Of a DNA stretch of 64,000 nt, positions 1-9,206 are shown one piece after another; position 1 is the first letter of the stretch; each line of letters begins with the position of its first letter. The DNA lies in the IMG/VR virus record IMGVR_UViG_3300032247_000928, positions 1-64,000 of that record, one strand, 5' to 3'. The DNA comes from a virus (lineage: Duplodnaviria; Caudoviricetes). A program made the position numbers and the translations under genes. Below the pieces are notes generated by a model. The model was given only the letters and a program-made list of their open reading frames with translations, did not search any database and had not been told where the DNA came from.

Positions 1-1187
1 ATATTAAAACGAGCACCGTTAGGAATAGGCCCAGTAACGCTTACATCTGCTGCCCAAGCTCCATCTGATGGATTTACATCTGCATTAAATCTAATTTGAG
101 TCATTTGTGTGTCTGCAGTAAATTGTGGGTAAGGACGTACATCCCAGGCAACAGTAAGAGTATTTGTGGTTGTTGAATAAGTCACTCCAGAACCACTGCT
201 CCATGTAGTCCAGTCATATCCTGCTACAGAAATTGATGGGGCGGTTGGAGTAGAATAATAATTTTGTCCTTCATTTACTCCAAACATAATTGTTCCATTA
301 GATCCTACATAAACATTATTATAAACAGTGTTACCCATTCGTAAATTAAATGGAAGGTTCATGCGAACACCAGCATCGTCTGTGTTTGCTAATACATTTG
401 TTGATGCTCCAATTGTTGCAGCTAATGCATTTACCGCATCTTGAGCATTATTAATTGCTATATTTGCTTGAGTTAATTGTGTTTGTGCCTCTGTCCGTGC
501 AGGAGTTACTGCTGATACCGCCGTAGTTGCTGTAGCAACTGTTGCAGTAGCAGTATCTATTGCTGTTTGTGCTGATTGAACCAAAACTGTGGCTGTTTCT
601 GATTTAGCAACCTCTGTTGCAATTGCTGTAGAAACCTGTTCAACTGTCATAGGAGTTGTTGTCATTAAAGGAGTTGCTGTGGCTATAACTGTGGCTGTTG
701 CTGATTCAATTACAGGGACTGCTGCTGATACTACTGCTTGAGCTGCCACAACTTCTGGTGTTTGAGTTGTAGCGCTTACTGGGATTGCTGATACTGCCTG
801 AGTTACGCTAGTCATGGCTTGAGTAACTGTCTGAATAACTGCTGTTGCTGTCTCTACCGCTGTAGACACACTAGATACTTCTGCTACTGCAGATACTGCT
901 GTGGCCACTGCTGTATTGGCTGCTGTGACTTCTGTATTAGATGCATTGACTGCTTGAACTGCTATTGCTATCGTGGCTGTTGCTGTCTCTGATGCTAAAA
1001 TGGCTTGGGCTACCTCAGTGGTGGCTGTTGCTAAGGCTGTATTTACTGCTTGCTGTGCAGGACTTACTACTACCTGCTCTGCTGGTGCTGGGACTTCTTC
1101 AGCATGAGCGTGGTTTAACGGAGAAAGAATAAGCCAAATACCCACCAAAAAAGCCACCAACCCACTTTTTAGTAGGATATTTCTAAT
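1..1187 (-). CDS. Partial exported Ala/Thr/Val-rich protein with NIDO/nidogen-like domain (runs off the left edge)
   Basis: Not in the ORF track. The open minus frame reads IRNILLKSGLVAFLVGIWLILSPLNHAHAEEVPAP (signal peptide-like), then an Ala/Thr-rich helical stretch, then NTDDAGVRMNLPFNLRMGNTVYNNVYVGSNGTIMFG. Start is uncertain: ATT at 1187 after GAAAGGA, or TTG/GTG near 1160. Confidence 0.75.
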   Translation of the reverse strand, partial: MRNILLKSGLVAFLVGIWLILSPLNHAHAEEVPAPAEQVVVSPAQQAVNTALATATTEVAQAILASETATATIAIAVQAVNASNTEVTAANTAVATAVSAVAEVSSVSTAVETATAVIQTVTQAMTSVTQAVSAIPVSATTQTPEVVAAQAVVSAAVPVIESATATVIATATPLMTTTPMTVEQVSTAIATEVAKSETATVLVQSAQTAIDTATATVATATTAVSAVTPARTEAQTQLTQANIAINNAQDAVNALAATIGASTNVLANTDDAGVRMNLPFNLRMGNTVYNNVYVGSNGTIMFGVNEGQNYYSTPTAPSISVAGYDWTTWSSGSGVTYSTTTNTLTVAWDVRPYPQFTADTQMTQIRFNADVNPSDGAWAADVSVTGPIPNGARFN

Positions 1188-1222
1188 AGAGAGCCATCCT
1201 TTCAGAGATGTTTTATAACCCT

Positions 1223-1231
1223 ATTATATCA
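1223..1231 (-). promoter_or_regulatory. Extended -10 promoter (TGATATAAT)
   Basis: Matches TGnTATAAT in the intergenic gap upstream of the partial CDS at 1-1187. Confidence 0.65.
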
Positions 1232-1248
1232 TTTTATGTGGGCTAGTC

Positions 1249-2280
1249 CTATAGCACCCATTGTGAATTTTTTTTACTCCATAAAACAGTATCCTTAAGA
1301 GAATATTCAGGGGTAACTGGAGGAACCCATCCAAGATTACTTAGTTTTTTACCACTAATAGAGTAATGAGGGTCCCAACCTGGCCTTAAGGGTTCAACAT
1401 CTACATACTCAATAATATTATTATTTTTAATTCCAAGAATATCTGCAATTAAAGATACAAGTTCGTCGTTATAAATTTTTATTTCACCAACAATGTTAAA
1501 TCTTTCTATCTTGTCAACATTATCTTTATACCTATATTTTAAGTCCTTAAACTTTTCAATCAAAAACTTGACAGCATCTGCTTGTGATTTTGCATGCAAA
1601 TAATGTCTGCTTCCAGCAACCCATTCATTATTAATCATATGTGCATGAACTGGGACTACTTTATTTTGCAACAAATAACCAATTGTTTTTGGAATAAATG
1701 CTTGATCTTGTTGTCTTTCTCCAAACATGTTTGTAGAGTTAGTAATTATAATTGGAAGATCATATGTTCTCCAGTATGCGTTTGCTATTGCTTCTTGACC
1801 CATCTTAGATGCTGAGTATGGATTAGAGGGCATTAATGGTTCCCACTCAGAATGTTTTTCATTTTTTTTTGCATCGCCATAAACTTCATCTGTTGAAATT
1901 TGAATGAAACAATCTAATGTATCTAATGTTCTTGCATACTCAAACATAGTTAATGCTAAATTAATATTATTTTGTATAAATGGAACAGGTGTTTTTATTG
2001 ATACATCTACGTGGCAGTGTGATGCATAATTAATTATTGTATTAACTTTTCCAAATTCCGATGCCACAAAATGATCAATTGGTTTAGATAGGTCATGGGC
2101 TATAACTTTTACACGATTCTTTGCTTCTGGCACTTCTTCAAAAACTGTTTTTATCCTTGAATATGATGTTAACTCATTAAAAGAATCTGTTGCAACAAAT
2201 TCCCAATCTGTTGTATTTAGCAAATAAATTAGAGCATGATGGCCTACAAAACCACCTGCTCCAGTAATTAAAACTTTCAT
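1249..2280 (-). CDS. rmlB: dTDP-glucose 4,6-dehydratase-like NAD-dependent epimerase/dehydratase
   Basis: GAGGFVG Rossmann motif, STDEVYG and YSASK catalytic motifs. Start moved to ATG 2280 (MKVLITG); the upstream in-frame extension overlaps a terminator. Confidence 0.88.
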   Translation of the reverse strand: MKVLITGAGGFVGHHALIYLLNTTDWEFVATDSFNELTSYSRIKTVFEEVPEAKNRVKVIAHDLSKPIDHFVASEFGKVNTIINYASHCHVDVSIKTPVPFIQNNINLALTMFEYARTLDTLDCFIQISTDEVYGDAKKNEKHSEWEPLMPSNPYSASKMGQEAIANAYWRTYDLPIIITNSTNMFGERQQDQAFIPKTIGYLLQNKVVPVHAHMINNEWVAGSRHYLHAKSQADAVKFLIEKFKDLKYRYKDNVDKIERFNIVGEIKIYNDELVSLIADILGIKNNNIIEYVDVEPLRPGWDPHYSISGKKLSNLGWVPPVTPEYSLKDTVLWSKKNSQWVL

Positions 2281-2298
2281 ATATTTTAAATAAATGAG

Positions 2299-2326
2299 GG
2301 TGGGGAGATAAAAGTATCCCCCCACC
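2299..2326 (-). terminator. Intrinsic terminator after the S-layer-like gene
   Basis: Hairpin GGTGGGGGGATA-CTTT-TATCTCCCCACC on the minus strand just past the stop at 2336, followed by a T-rich tail. Confidence 0.7.
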
Positions 2327-2335
2327 AACACATAT

Positions 2336-4042
2336 TTATGCGTTTACCTTCTTCTGAATCTTTACGACTAAAGCGGTAAGTGAAGTAATCTGCTTCTTAA
2401 GTGAAGCGATCATTGCTGACACTGTTGCAGACAACTTAGCAACCGCATCAGAAGCATCTTGTGCTGCAGCTGTTGCCTTATCTGCTGCATCTGCTGCTGC
2501 GAGTGCTGCATCTGTTGCTGCGTTAGCTGCATCTGTAGCCTCGTTAGCTGCATCTCTTGCATCATTAATTGCTGTATTTACAACCTTTGCAGTTGCTGTT
2601 ACTACAACCTGACCTGCTGCAGGAAGTGATGTACCACCTGTTGCAGAGATTGTTACAGTATTTTCAGTCAAAGGCATAAATACTTTATATGTCTTTGCTG
2701 TTGATGTATCAGTTGTAATTGAAGTTGCTGTAAGAACATCTGAACCTGAACCAAATGCATAGGTAGATGTGATTCCACCTGCTGCAAATGCATTAGCATG
2801 TGTCTTTCCAGATACTGGAAGACCTGCTGCATCAACAACCTGTACGGTAATTGTTGCTGCTTCTCCTGGAAGATATGTGTTCTTATCAAATGAGATCTTT
2901 ACAGTTGCTGCTGCTGCTTCTACACGAGTAGAAACTGGAGCAGATGCAATTGTTCCAGACTTAATTGTAAGAGCAACTCCGCCAGCCTTAACACCAGTAA
3001 TTGTAAATGTTGCTACACCATCAACGATTGTTGCTGCGGTTGCTGAATCAGAAACTGTTGTTACATCTGATGAGTATGCATAAAGGGTTCCTGCTCCAAC
3101 TGTTACACCAGAAGCATCCTTTGCAACTGCCTTAACTGTAGTTGTGTTTGCACCAACTGCGATAACAGACTTAACTGGAGTTGCTACGATTGTAGCAATA
3201 TCACCATAGAATGTTACCTGCTCTGTTGCAAGTACTGTACCTGTAAGGGTTGTAAGAGTAATTGTTCCAACTCCTGCTGTACCGTCAGCAAAAACACCAA
3301 TGTAGTTGCCTGATGGAATTACAAGTGCACGACCCATTGCTGTCATTGTTGTAGCATTTGTGCCGTAACCAATAAGGCCTGAACCTGTTACTGTTGCAAG
3401 AATTGACTCTGTAGCATTGCCACCTGCTGCGTTCTTAGGTGTAACAACGATAACCGCTGCTGCATCTGTTGATGCTGCCTTTGGTGCATAAACTGAAGCA
3501 TCTGTTGTTGCAGTTGTTACTTCACCAGAGTTGAGAATAGATGTTGTAGTTGAAGCAGATGGAGTTAGATCCGCTGCCTTAACTGTAACTGTCCAAGATA
3601 CTGATGCAGCACCTGTTGGACGTGTTGGAATAATATTTGTTACATAAGTACCTGCAACTGTTGGAGCATCCAATGTTACCTTGAACTTTGCTGTAACATA
3701 TCCTGCTGTATTAACTGTTGAGTTAACATCTGCAGAAGTATTACCTGAACCAAATGCTACTGTTGCAGTATTTGTTTCAACCAATGAAAGTGTTGCAGTC
3801 TTTGCTGAACCTGTTGGCTGTGAAAAAATAGCAGCAAGAACTGTTGCTGTGTCAGCCTTTGTTTCTGAAATAAATGACAATGTTACTACAGCAGTTGCAG
3901 ACTCGCCAGCAGTTACAGTTGTTGTTGCTGTATCAATGCTTAGAGTTGGAGCAATTACTGCAGCACTTGTCGGAAGTGCTGAAATAACGCCAAAGGCCAT
4001 CGCTGCAGCAACACCTAGGGCAATCTTCTTAAATGAATTCAT
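2336..4042 (-). CDS. Exported S-layer-like/Ig-like surface protein of actinobacterial type
   Basis: Signal peptide MNSFKKIALGVAAAMAFGVISALPTSAA, Thr/Ala/Val-rich beta-sandwich-like body, C-terminal coiled coil ATDAANAATDAA...LKKQITSLTALVVKIQKKVNA. Strong SD (AAGGAG). Confidence 0.7.
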   Translation of the reverse strand: MNSFKKIALGVAAAMAFGVISALPTSAAVIAPTLSIDTATTTVTAGESATAVVTLSFISETKADTATVLAAIFSQPTGSAKTATLSLVETNTATVAFGSGNTSADVNSTVNTAGYVTAKFKVTLDAPTVAGTYVTNIIPTRPTGAASVSWTVTVKAADLTPSASTTTSILNSGEVTTATTDASVYAPKAASTDAAAVIVVTPKNAAGGNATESILATVTGSGLIGYGTNATTMTAMGRALVIPSGNYIGVFADGTAGVGTITLTTLTGTVLATEQVTFYGDIATIVATPVKSVIAVGANTTTVKAVAKDASGVTVGAGTLYAYSSDVTTVSDSATAATIVDGVATFTITGVKAGGVALTIKSGTIASAPVSTRVEAAAATVKISFDKNTYLPGEAATITVQVVDAAGLPVSGKTHANAFAAGGITSTYAFGSGSDVLTATSITTDTSTAKTYKVFMPLTENTVTISATGGTSLPAAGQVVVTATAKVVNTAINDARDAANEATDAANAATDAALAAADAADKATAAAQDASDAVAKLSATVSAMIASLKKQITSLTALVVKIQKKVNA

Positions 4043-4063
4043 TTTTCTCCTTGTTAGTATTTT

Positions 4064-5851
4064 TTATAATAAATTGAAATTTCCAAGGTAATCCCTAACA
4101 TCTTCAGGAATTTCCTTAGTATCCAATTCTACCATACCCTGTTCTTGCTCTGCAAATCGTTGCGATGAGCGTGACCAAGTATGAATATCAATCTCTATAT
4201 TAGTATTCTTTGGTGTATGAGATAATGCACCAAAGACTGCACCTGTAACGGCATCGGATAAATCCTTAGATTTTTTACGGGGGTGATCCACTTTCTTGTC
4301 ATTAATAATCTTGAGCTCTGACATTTCATCAAGCAGTAAAGGAATATGTGGCATCGCAACACGCTCTTCATAAATCATCATAGCAAGATCTTCATAATGT
4401 TTTTTACCAACAGAAACAGTATCAGTTCTTATTCCTACTGCCTGTAGCTCCTGCTGAATATCAAATGATTGCCAACGGTCAAAAGTAACCATGCCAAGAT
4501 TAAATCCTTGTCTGCGAAGGTTTTGAATCCATTGTTTTACATCAGAAAGATTAACTGGTCCTTCAACCTTTGGTTCCCACCATACGACTGCATCAACAAT
4601 AATAATTGGAGCAACTTGCTCGTAGTCTTTAACTACTTGTAGGTTTACCCATTTATCAACATGAGCAATTGCAACGGCACACTTGTCGTGCTTTTGTGCA
4701 AGGTCAGCATGAACATAATAAATCTTGTCTGGGTCTGGCACAAATGACTCGTCAAACCTTTTATTATTATCAATTGGGTTTCTAAGTGTCATACACTTTT
4801 CAAGTTTATCTTTTTGCTTAAAAAAAGCATCGGATGCAAATGTTGGGACACAAGCAAAGCGTTGCATGGCATCACCCATGTCTGTAAAGAATGCTAACTT
4901 AAAGTCATCAATCTTTCTTGTTGGGTTTACTACCCATGTTGGTCTCTTTAGTGCAAATACCCCAGGATACTTATATGCAACGATCTGATCTTCATCCCAT
5001 GCAACATCTAAGTAGTTACCCTCAAGGTCATCTGGAAAATCTGGATTCATTATAAATCTATGAGTGTAGGTAATTGTTTCTTTTTCCATAATTGAGTCTT
5101 CATACTTTTGAGAGATAAAGTCTCCAGGAAAACGGGGGAAGGAAAGCAATGCAACCTTGCCAAGGTCAGGAAAACGTGAATCAACAGATGCACGAAAAGC
5201 CTTATAGATATTATCAGCAGTTTTTCCTTGATCATTTCCAGTGCCAACATCTTGTGCAAAACCAGAAATTTCATCAAGCACTGCAAGGATAAGGTTCAAA
5301 CCTTCGTGTGATTCTCTTTCTGAGTGACCAGAGTAAACTGTGATTGCTTTATTAAACTCAATGCTTTCAGCCTTAGCGTTATACTTTCCTGCAAACCATT
5401 CAGACTTCTCAATCTTAGTCTTGAAGCCTTTAAAGAACACATTCTTGGCCTGTTGAGCGTTAATAGCCACGTTAATAATATCAATAGCATCTCCTGCAGG
5501 CTTACCAAAGTACCTTGCTGGGTCTTTAAGGCATAGTAGTTTATATACTATGTATGCACATGCTACGGTTGATGTGAAGTCTTTTCCAGATCCCTTGCCA
5601 AGTTGCAGGATTACTTCATTCTTTGTGTACTTCTTGTAGTAACGATGACCTTCTTCTGGTCCCAAAATATCTACAAGATCTTCTTCTCTGTAAATTTGGC
5701 TCATTGCTTCAACAATATCATACTGAATATCAGAAAGTGGTGGTTGGTTTAGATATGCCTCGCCTTCAACAAATGTCTTTGCATCTACTGGCATTTCTTC
5801 AAAATTATTATTCTTTAGTGCTTCAAGAAAATCATTGAACATTGTTGACAA
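4064..5851 (-). CDS. terL: Terminase large subunit
   Basis: Walker A LGKGSGKD, Walker B VLDEISG, C-terminal RNase H-like nuclease (HADLA...KDLSDA). No intein. Confidence 0.93.
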   Translation of the reverse strand: MSTMFNDFLEALKNNNFEEMPVDAKTFVEGEAYLNQPPLSDIQYDIVEAMSQIYREEDLVDILGPEEGHRYYKKYTKNEVILQLGKGSGKDFTSTVACAYIVYKLLCLKDPARYFGKPAGDAIDIINVAINAQQAKNVFFKGFKTKIEKSEWFAGKYNAKAESIEFNKAITVYSGHSERESHEGLNLILAVLDEISGFAQDVGTGNDQGKTADNIYKAFRASVDSRFPDLGKVALLSFPRFPGDFISQKYEDSIMEKETITYTHRFIMNPDFPDDLEGNYLDVAWDEDQIVAYKYPGVFALKRPTWVVNPTRKIDDFKLAFFTDMGDAMQRFACVPTFASDAFFKQKDKLEKCMTLRNPIDNNKRFDESFVPDPDKIYYVHADLAQKHDKCAVAIAHVDKWVNLQVVKDYEQVAPIIIVDAVVWWEPKVEGPVNLSDVKQWIQNLRRQGFNLGMVTFDRWQSFDIQQELQAVGIRTDTVSVGKKHYEDLAMMIYEERVAMPHIPLLLDEMSELKIINDKKVDHPRKKSKDLSDAVTGAVFGALSHTPKNTNIEIDIHTWSRSSQRFAEQEQGMVELDTKEIPEDVRDYLGNFNLL

Positions 5852-6368
5852 CAGTAATCACTTCCCCATCTTTTGCAACAGAAGAAAGTCTATACATAAT
5901 TAAATCACGAATCTCTGGATGGGAAGAAGCAATGTCTCTAAGAATAGCAACCAGTGTTTCTTGACGTCTTTCAATTTCAACCATCTCTTCCGCAAGTTCT
6001 TTGTTCTCAAGAAGTCCTGCTTTTTGAAGCATATCAATTCTTGCTTTTTCAATATCAACAACAAGTTTAATTGCTTGAGTTTTTGCGCTAAGATTATTAG
6101 TCATTGACGCTTCATCAATAACCTCATAAGATTTTGTAATAAGTTTACTATAGTGTGCATCCATTGCAGCAAGTGCTTCTTTTGCACGTGCACGGATGGC
6201 ATCATTAGCAGAAGCCATTACCTTCCACTCATTAATAAGTTCTACAACACGGGTGCGTGGGATTGATAATTCTTTTGAAATTCTTGTTGGGTCAGTACCT
6301 TTTAGGTATTCTGCAACAACTTGGTTTACCTGATCAAGGTGTTTAACTAGGTCTTCTTCAGTTGACAT
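5832..6368 (-). CDS. Probable terminase small subunit
   Basis: N-terminal HTH (PTRISKELSIPRTRV) plus helical body; lies directly upstream of and overlaps terL. Confidence 0.6.
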   Translation of the reverse strand: MSTEEDLVKHLDQVNQVVAEYLKGTDPTRISKELSIPRTRVVELINEWKVMASANDAIRARAKEALAAMDAHYSKLITKSYEVIDEASMTNNLSAKTQAIKLVVDIEKARIDMLQKAGLLENKELAEEMVEIERRQETLVAILRDIASSHPEIRDLIMYRLSSVAKDGEVITVVNNVQ

Positions 6369-6600
6369 ACTTTCCCTCTAGTCTATTGATTTCATCCTTG
6401 ATATAAAAGATTGCTTTTTCAAGATCTTGGATAGTTTTTGACTCATCTTTTAGTCCTGCTCTCCAAAGATATTTAAAGGCATTGCCAATATTAAAATTAC
6501 GATGACGAGTAATCTGAATACATTCAACCCCAGAGGGGTCTGTTGTATAGTGTGCTGGATGATTAACTTGGTCAACCGTAATGTTTAAATTATTAGTCAT
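6358..6600 (-). CDS. DUF3310-family protein
   Basis: VNHPAHYT...ECIQITRH.NFNIGNAFKYLWRAGLK signature. ATG at 6600. Confidence 0.85.
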   Translation of the reverse strand: MTNNLNITVDQVNHPAHYTTDPSGVECIQITRHRNFNIGNAFKYLWRAGLKDESKTIQDLEKAIFYIKDEINRLEGKYVN

Positions 6601-6715
6601 TATCACCCTCCCAATCAAATGCTTCTGGCATTTCCTTTAATATAAATATAGCATATGTAATACCAACAGTAGATACAATTGCTAAAAATGTTATAAACTT
6701 ATGAAATTTAATCAT
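6593..6715 (-). CDS. Small membrane protein (40 aa)
   Basis: Read manually: MIKFHKFITFLAIVSTVGITYAIFILKEMPEAFDWEGDND. Fills the gap and overlaps both neighbours. Confidence 0.7.
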   Translation of the reverse strand: MIKFHKFITFLAIVSTVGITYAIFILKEMPEAFDWEGDND

Positions 6716-6867
6716 CGTTTTGATTTCCTTAATCCAAATTTAGCAAGATAAACATATATAGTCTCTACGCTTGCCCCACACTCTTTTGAAATTTCTTGAG
6801 GGGTTTTTTTATCAAGTATAAATCTTTTTTTTAGCCAAGTTTCATTTGTATAAAGTTTATTAGACAT
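6712..6867 (-). CDS. Small HTH DNA-binding protein (51 aa)
   Basis: Read manually: MSNKLYTNETWLKKRFILDKKTPQEISKECGASVETIYVYLAKFGLRKSKR. Its TGA overlaps the next ATG (ATGA). Confidence 0.8.
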   Translation of the reverse strand: MSNKLYTNETWLKKRFILDKKTPQEISKECGASVETIYVYLAKFGLRKSKR

Positions 6868-6875
6868 TAAAATAC

Positions 6876-8339
6876 TTATCCTATATCTCTAATAATTTTA
6901 ATTATTTCTTTATGATTTAAATATGATTTTTCTTCTTCTATAAAAATCATAGAATTAATAATTATATCTGCATTATCTTTCATGCCCTGTCCAGAAAAAC
7001 TATATTCTTGCAAAATTGCATCATTATCAAATAAATTAAGACCAGCCATGACAACAATAAAATTAGTAGCATTAAACATAGCATAGTTAGAATCACCAAT
7101 AAAATCTTCTTTAATTGGAAGTTTGGTTTTCCATTTTTCTAAATTATTTTTTAAAGAATCTGGAAGTTCTACATCTAAAATACTTCTCCAAAAATCAGTA
7201 TCGTTTCTTTTTGATAGATAGTGCAACATAATAAAATCTCTAATGTTATCAACAATAGTATCAAAAGATTTATTGTAATCTTTAATAACGTTTTCATCAT
7301 AATTTTGAAGTCTATGCATAAGCAAGAAACTTTGTTGAATTGTTAGGCCAATTGATGTTGCCTCTAGTGGCTCAAAAAAACATCCACTTAGACCCATTGC
7401 AACACAATTTTTTGTCCAAACATTTTCTAATGCACCTGGATCAAATTCAAAAGTTTTTCCAATTTCTATTGTATGTCCAAGTTCTTTTTCTATTTCTAGT
7501 TTTGCTTTTTCAGCAGTAATGAAGTTTTTATCATAAATATAACCATTGCCATGTCTTCCCCAGGTTGGGATCTTGAATCTCCATCCTGCATCCATTGCTT
7601 TTGCCAGTGTCCAAAAATTATAATTATCTTCGTCTGCTGTTGGAAATGTAATTGCAGAATTTAATTTTAAGTACTTACTATAAGATTTCCATTTAACATT
7701 TAACTTATTCATTAAAATTCTTTTAAATCCAGTTGCATCTATGTAAAAGTCGCTCTTATATTCAGAATTTTCTCCAATTATAAAATCAATAAAACCATTT
7801 TCGTCTAACTTAACATCTAAAATATCATCATCAAAAACTTTAATACCTTTTTCAATTGCTTTCTTTTTTAAAAAATCATTTAATTTAAAAGTATTAAAAT
7901 GATATTGATTTGTTTCTGGTGTATTATTTATGTCTATTGCTCTAGTGGCTATTATTTTATTGTTTAAAATTGAGTTTGAATAAAGATAGTTTGAATTTTC
8001 AGATATTTGCTTACCGTATACATATGTGTATTGGCCTATTGTATTGCTAAATGGAGGAACAACAGTATGTAAATATTTTTTATCTTGTATCCAATTATCA
8101 AACATAACTCCTATTTTAAAAGTAGCATCACATTCTTTAACAATTTCACTACCAGTAATTCCAACAAAATCCATAAATGATTTAAAATGTTCTGTTGATC
8201 CTTCACCTACACCAACAATTCCAACTTTTGAAGAATATACTATACTAACATCTAAGCTACTGCGTTCTTTTAAAATTAATGCAGATATTAGTCCAGCGGT
8301 ACCACCGCCAACAACAGTTAAACTTTTTACATTTCTCAT
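6876..8339 (-). CDS. Flavin-dependent halogenase (tryptophan halogenase/PrnA family)
   Basis: GGGTAG FAD motif, VGEGST, ATFK (catalytic Lys position), GWRFKIP (WxWxIP variant), FFEPLEATSIG. Start taken at ATG 8339. Confidence 0.88.
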   Translation of the reverse strand: MRNVKSLTVVGGGTAGLISALILKERSSLDVSIVYSSKVGIVGVGEGSTEHFKSFMDFVGITGSEIVKECDATFKIGVMFDNWIQDKKYLHTVVPPFSNTIGQYTYVYGKQISENSNYLYSNSILNNKIIATRAIDINNTPETNQYHFNTFKLNDFLKKKAIEKGIKVFDDDILDVKLDENGFIDFIIGENSEYKSDFYIDATGFKRILMNKLNVKWKSYSKYLKLNSAITFPTADEDNYNFWTLAKAMDAGWRFKIPTWGRHGNGYIYDKNFITAEKAKLEIEKELGHTIEIGKTFEFDPGALENVWTKNCVAMGLSGCFFEPLEATSIGLTIQQSFLLMHRLQNYDENVIKDYNKSFDTIVDNIRDFIMLHYLSKRNDTDFWRSILDVELPDSLKNNLEKWKTKLPIKEDFIGDSNYAMFNATNFIVVMAGLNLFDNDAILQEYSFSGQGMKDNADIIINSMIFIEEEKSYLNHKEIIKIIRDIG

Positions 8340-8929
8340 ATTTTCTTTACTCCCATTGCCATTCCCCAATTGTTAATTGCCCAGTGCCCGATTCCGCAAG
8401 CATCTGCAACATCATTGTCTGTAATCATTTTATCATATACTGTATTAATAAACTTAATTGTTCTTTCTTTTCTTAGGTTACGCTCATAGGTTTTATACCA
8501 TGAAACAGATTTACCAGGATGTTTTGCACGAATATAAAGTTGTTCATCTTTTGATATCTTCTTATTTCCAATGTAGTTCTGCCATGTAATTGGAGATACT
8601 TTTCCAAAGGTATCAATACCAGATAAACCTGCAGCACCAAGGAGTGCTCCTTGCACAAGAGCAAGATCAGCAGCAGTCTTAGGACTATTCATGAAAACGG
8701 TATGCTCAATAACTATGGCATCAACCATATTAAACTGATCAAATAATCCTTTTGTTTTTTTACATGCGTCTGCTACTTTTTCATAGATATCATTACCGCT
8801 AAAATTAATTTTTCCTATTGTTCCAAGATTTTTAAATGAGTAAAAAGCAAAAGCAAGACTATTAGTACTAGCATCAATTGCACAAATATTATTTGGTTGC
8901 ACTGGTCCGCCCCACTTAGTCTTGTTCAT
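8336..8929 (-). CDS. ruvC: RuvC-like Holliday junction resolvase
   Basis: AIDASTNSLAFA, IVIEHTVF and DVADACGIG acidic catalytic motifs. Confidence 0.8.
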   Translation of the reverse strand: MNKTKWGGPVQPNNICAIDASTNSLAFAFYSFKNLGTIGKINFSGNDIYEKVADACKKTKGLFDQFNMVDAIVIEHTVFMNSPKTAADLALVQGALLGAAGLSGIDTFGKVSPITWQNYIGNKKISKDEQLYIRAKHPGKSVSWYKTYERNLRKERTIKFINTVYDKMITDNDVADACGIGHWAINNWGMAMGVKKI

Positions 8930-9206
8930 ATTCAATAAACCCTTTTAGTTCTTTCATCATTTTGTCAACTGCTTTTTTGCTAATGTTGCAATTAGAACAG
9001 AAACCTGAATCGTTATAGATTGACAAATCAACTCCACAACCACCCAAGCATTTTCTGATTTTGCCTATTCTTTTTTGTCTACGAGTTGCCTGATAGCGCT
9101 CTGCTATTTTTTCTTTTGTAGCATCATCTCTACAAGATTCACTGCAGTAAATCTGATAAGAGACTTTTGGTGTGAAATAATTATCACATCTACTGCAAAG
9201 TTTCAC
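8916..9206 (-). CDS. Cys-rich zinc-finger hypothetical protein
   Basis: CSRC, CSESC, CLGGC and CSNC motifs; overlaps its neighbours. Confidence 0.7.
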   Translation of the reverse strand: MKLCSRCDNYFTPKVSYQIYCSESCRDDATKEKIAERYQATRRQKRIGKIRKCLGGCGVDLSIYNDSGFCSNCNISKKAVDKMMKELKGFIEYEQD

